DNA of 64,000 bases from Carcharhinus amblyrhynchos (lineage: Eukaryota). Numbering within the stretch: position 1 is the stretch's first letter; the number at the start of each line of letters is the position of its first letter. Below the pieces are notes generated by a model. The model had not been told where the DNA came from. It was given only the letters and a program-made list of their open reading frames with translations, and made no database searches. Positions 61,901 through 64,000 of this stretch are shown in pieces. Made by a program: the position numbers and the translations under genes. Location of the stretch: the NCBI GenBank assembly GCA_965287045.1, contig OZ336885.1, positions 24,056,001 to 24,120,000 of the forward strand, written 5' to 3'.

Positions 61901-64000
61901 AATAGCCAACACATACTAATTCCAGAATTACCCTTTCAACGAAGTTGATCTGTGCACTCTGAAAGTAAAATAAAAAGGATTATGGTGCCGTTGTGATATG
62001 TCAGCTGTTTATTTGAACTATCAGACTCTTGATGCTACAAAAACTATACAACACAATGATAAGTTGCTTCAGTGCAGAATCAAAGCTGACTTTTTGATGT
62101 TCTTACTGTGAAGGACTTTTGTATTTGATGAATCGGGGTCTACCCGATTATATTTCAAAGTAAGGCAGAATAGTAGGGATCTCAGATAAACCTCGAGTCC
62201 CAGTGTTGGATTTTCTTCTCGGTTGTTCTCCGTGTTTTTGTTTGACTCCCTGCTCTTGGAGAAGTCATTCTGTGCAGTTTTTAAGCAAGATAGTAATGTC
62301 TGTTCAGATAAGAATTCATGAACAGATTCTGCATTTCTGTTGTAGTATTTGAAAAGAAAAGCTCCTTGGGAATTAGGCTTGAATTTAGGAAAACCTTGAT
62401 GCAATCATGCAAAAATTTAATTTAGTTGACATACATTTCCTGCTTCCTGTAAAATGAATACATTTAATACATAATACATTTAATTAAATGTATTCTAAAT
62501 TATTGCAAAGATCAATTATCTACTCCAATTTTATTTTGATACCTTAAAGTTTCACTTTTCAGGTGAACTTGAAATAATATTTTATGCACTCTGATCAACT
62601 GCAGTCAGTCTCTCAAACATGCAATGCAAAATCAGTAATTTCATCATGAATTGACACTGTAGGTTGGTCGCTTTTTAGCAAAGTGCAAGTTTCTTGCTAA
62701 GGGCTATTATACTTTGCTCTAATGTTAAAAAACAAAGACTGCTTTTATGTGGAAGCCTTGTTCGGTGTAAAATTGCTTGAATGCTTCCAATCTCCTAATT
62801 GTTTTGTGTGTTAGTTCAAAGCTATTTGGCAGAATGTTTACAATGCTGACAGATAATTTGGTGGAAGGTGTTTTCTGGGACCAGCTTTGCACAGATTTGT
62901 TTGCATGATTTGTGAGAAAGTGCTGATTTCTATCATTGATTACACAGTGACAGGAACAGGTGACTTGCTAATAAAGACCTGGAAAAAAAGCAATTAGCTG
63001 TGAGAAAAGAACAGCTGTTTCAAGCAGCTCCTTGTTTCCCAGAGAACCTGGTCAATAATCGGTGAAAAAAAAATAGTTAACCTATAGAAACGAAACCTAT
63101 CATTGCAGCAAAGAAGCCCTTTATTGCCATTCAACTGCCCCTGCATTTGTCTCTTATAATTAACAAATTTGTTTCCCAAAATCACTTCATTTGCAAATTT
63201 CTCTTGAGGGATTTTCATTTTGTTTGGGGCGGGGGGGGTGGAGCTATACGATAGAAAATCCTTCATAAAGCATATAGAAGAAATGAAACTGCTTTACGTC
63301 TCAAACAAGCAATGAATAAATAACCATGTAACAAAGTTTTACCGAAGCTGTTTTGAGTGCTCTTAAAAGATTAGATCCTTCAGTTCTAATTTGAACTAAT
63401 AATTTCACTGCCGCTGATTAAAAAGATTCAAATCCACGATGAAGTGTAAAACATGTGTTTTACTGTATATCTCCTGCAAGCTGTAAAGGAGCCATTTACA
63501 TTTGTAAGAAAGGAATCACGTGGTTTCTGTGAGTGTAGTCAGCAGGAAGCCTTTGTTTAACCTCACCACTCTTGTCACATTTCAAATTGAAATCTGCCGA
63601 ACATGAGAAGAGTCACAAAGGATTCATTTTTAAATGTGTACGCAATTGGTCATTTATTTTTAATTTGATCGAGTGATTTGTATATAAATGTTACTATGTT
63701 CAGCTGGTAAAAGTTTCCTCTTATATATTAAGACTTAAACTAGCTAAACATATTAACTTTTATGTATACACACATATACACACATGCAACACAGCGTAAA
63801 TGGAACAACTTAGAGAACTATTATTTATTCCATACAACCACTGAGGAAGCTTGATTTTACAGTGTGAGCAAACTGGAAGGTTTGAACATTATTTATCTCA
63901 AACTGAACAGCCAATTTAAGATCACTTAAATCTTGATATAGGTTTGGTTCATCTGAGGATTAATGCTGTGCACATTCCTCCTAATGTCAGAGCTTTTAGA

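Noticed and set aside
62126-62200. C/D box snoRNA (TGATGA plus hairpin aatcggg/cccgatt)
   Set aside because: No downstream CTGA D box or terminal stem at a suitable distance
62069-62404. 111-aa ORF as a coding exon
   Set aside because: No recognisable domain or clear splice boundaries, and ORFs of this length are expected by chance
62473-62494. Perfect 22-bp palindrome aatacatttaattaaatgtatt
   Set aside because: It lies in an AT-rich micro-duplication and is most simply a slippage or fold-back product

Overview
This is eukaryotic DNA, almost certainly from a shark or other elasmobranch, judged from about 11 HE1-type V-SINEs plus shark-type CR1, L2, Rex1, Penelope and Harbinger relics. It reads as intronic or intergenic sequence. 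I recognise no intact host protein-coding gene, rRNA, tRNA or CRISPR array; every recognisable ORF-track protein is a decayed transposon fragment. Positions 1-55.8 kb are a TE mosaic with a few TE-poor islands, and the last ~8 kb has almost no recognisable TEs and holds a candidate CCAAT/Inr promoter and first exon near 58.65-58.92 kb. The main points of interest are (1) a cluster at 3.9-10.1 kb of locally templated duplications and inversions with junction microhomology, (2) one V-SINE body carrying two different tails (CR1-type and apparently Rex1-type) among four apparent SINE/LINE tail pairs, (3) two candidate solo LTRs, (4) many Harbinger transposase/Myb relics and MITEs, and (5) candidate regulatory islands. 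All alignments were done by eye and family names come from remembered consensus motifs, so boundaries are approximate.
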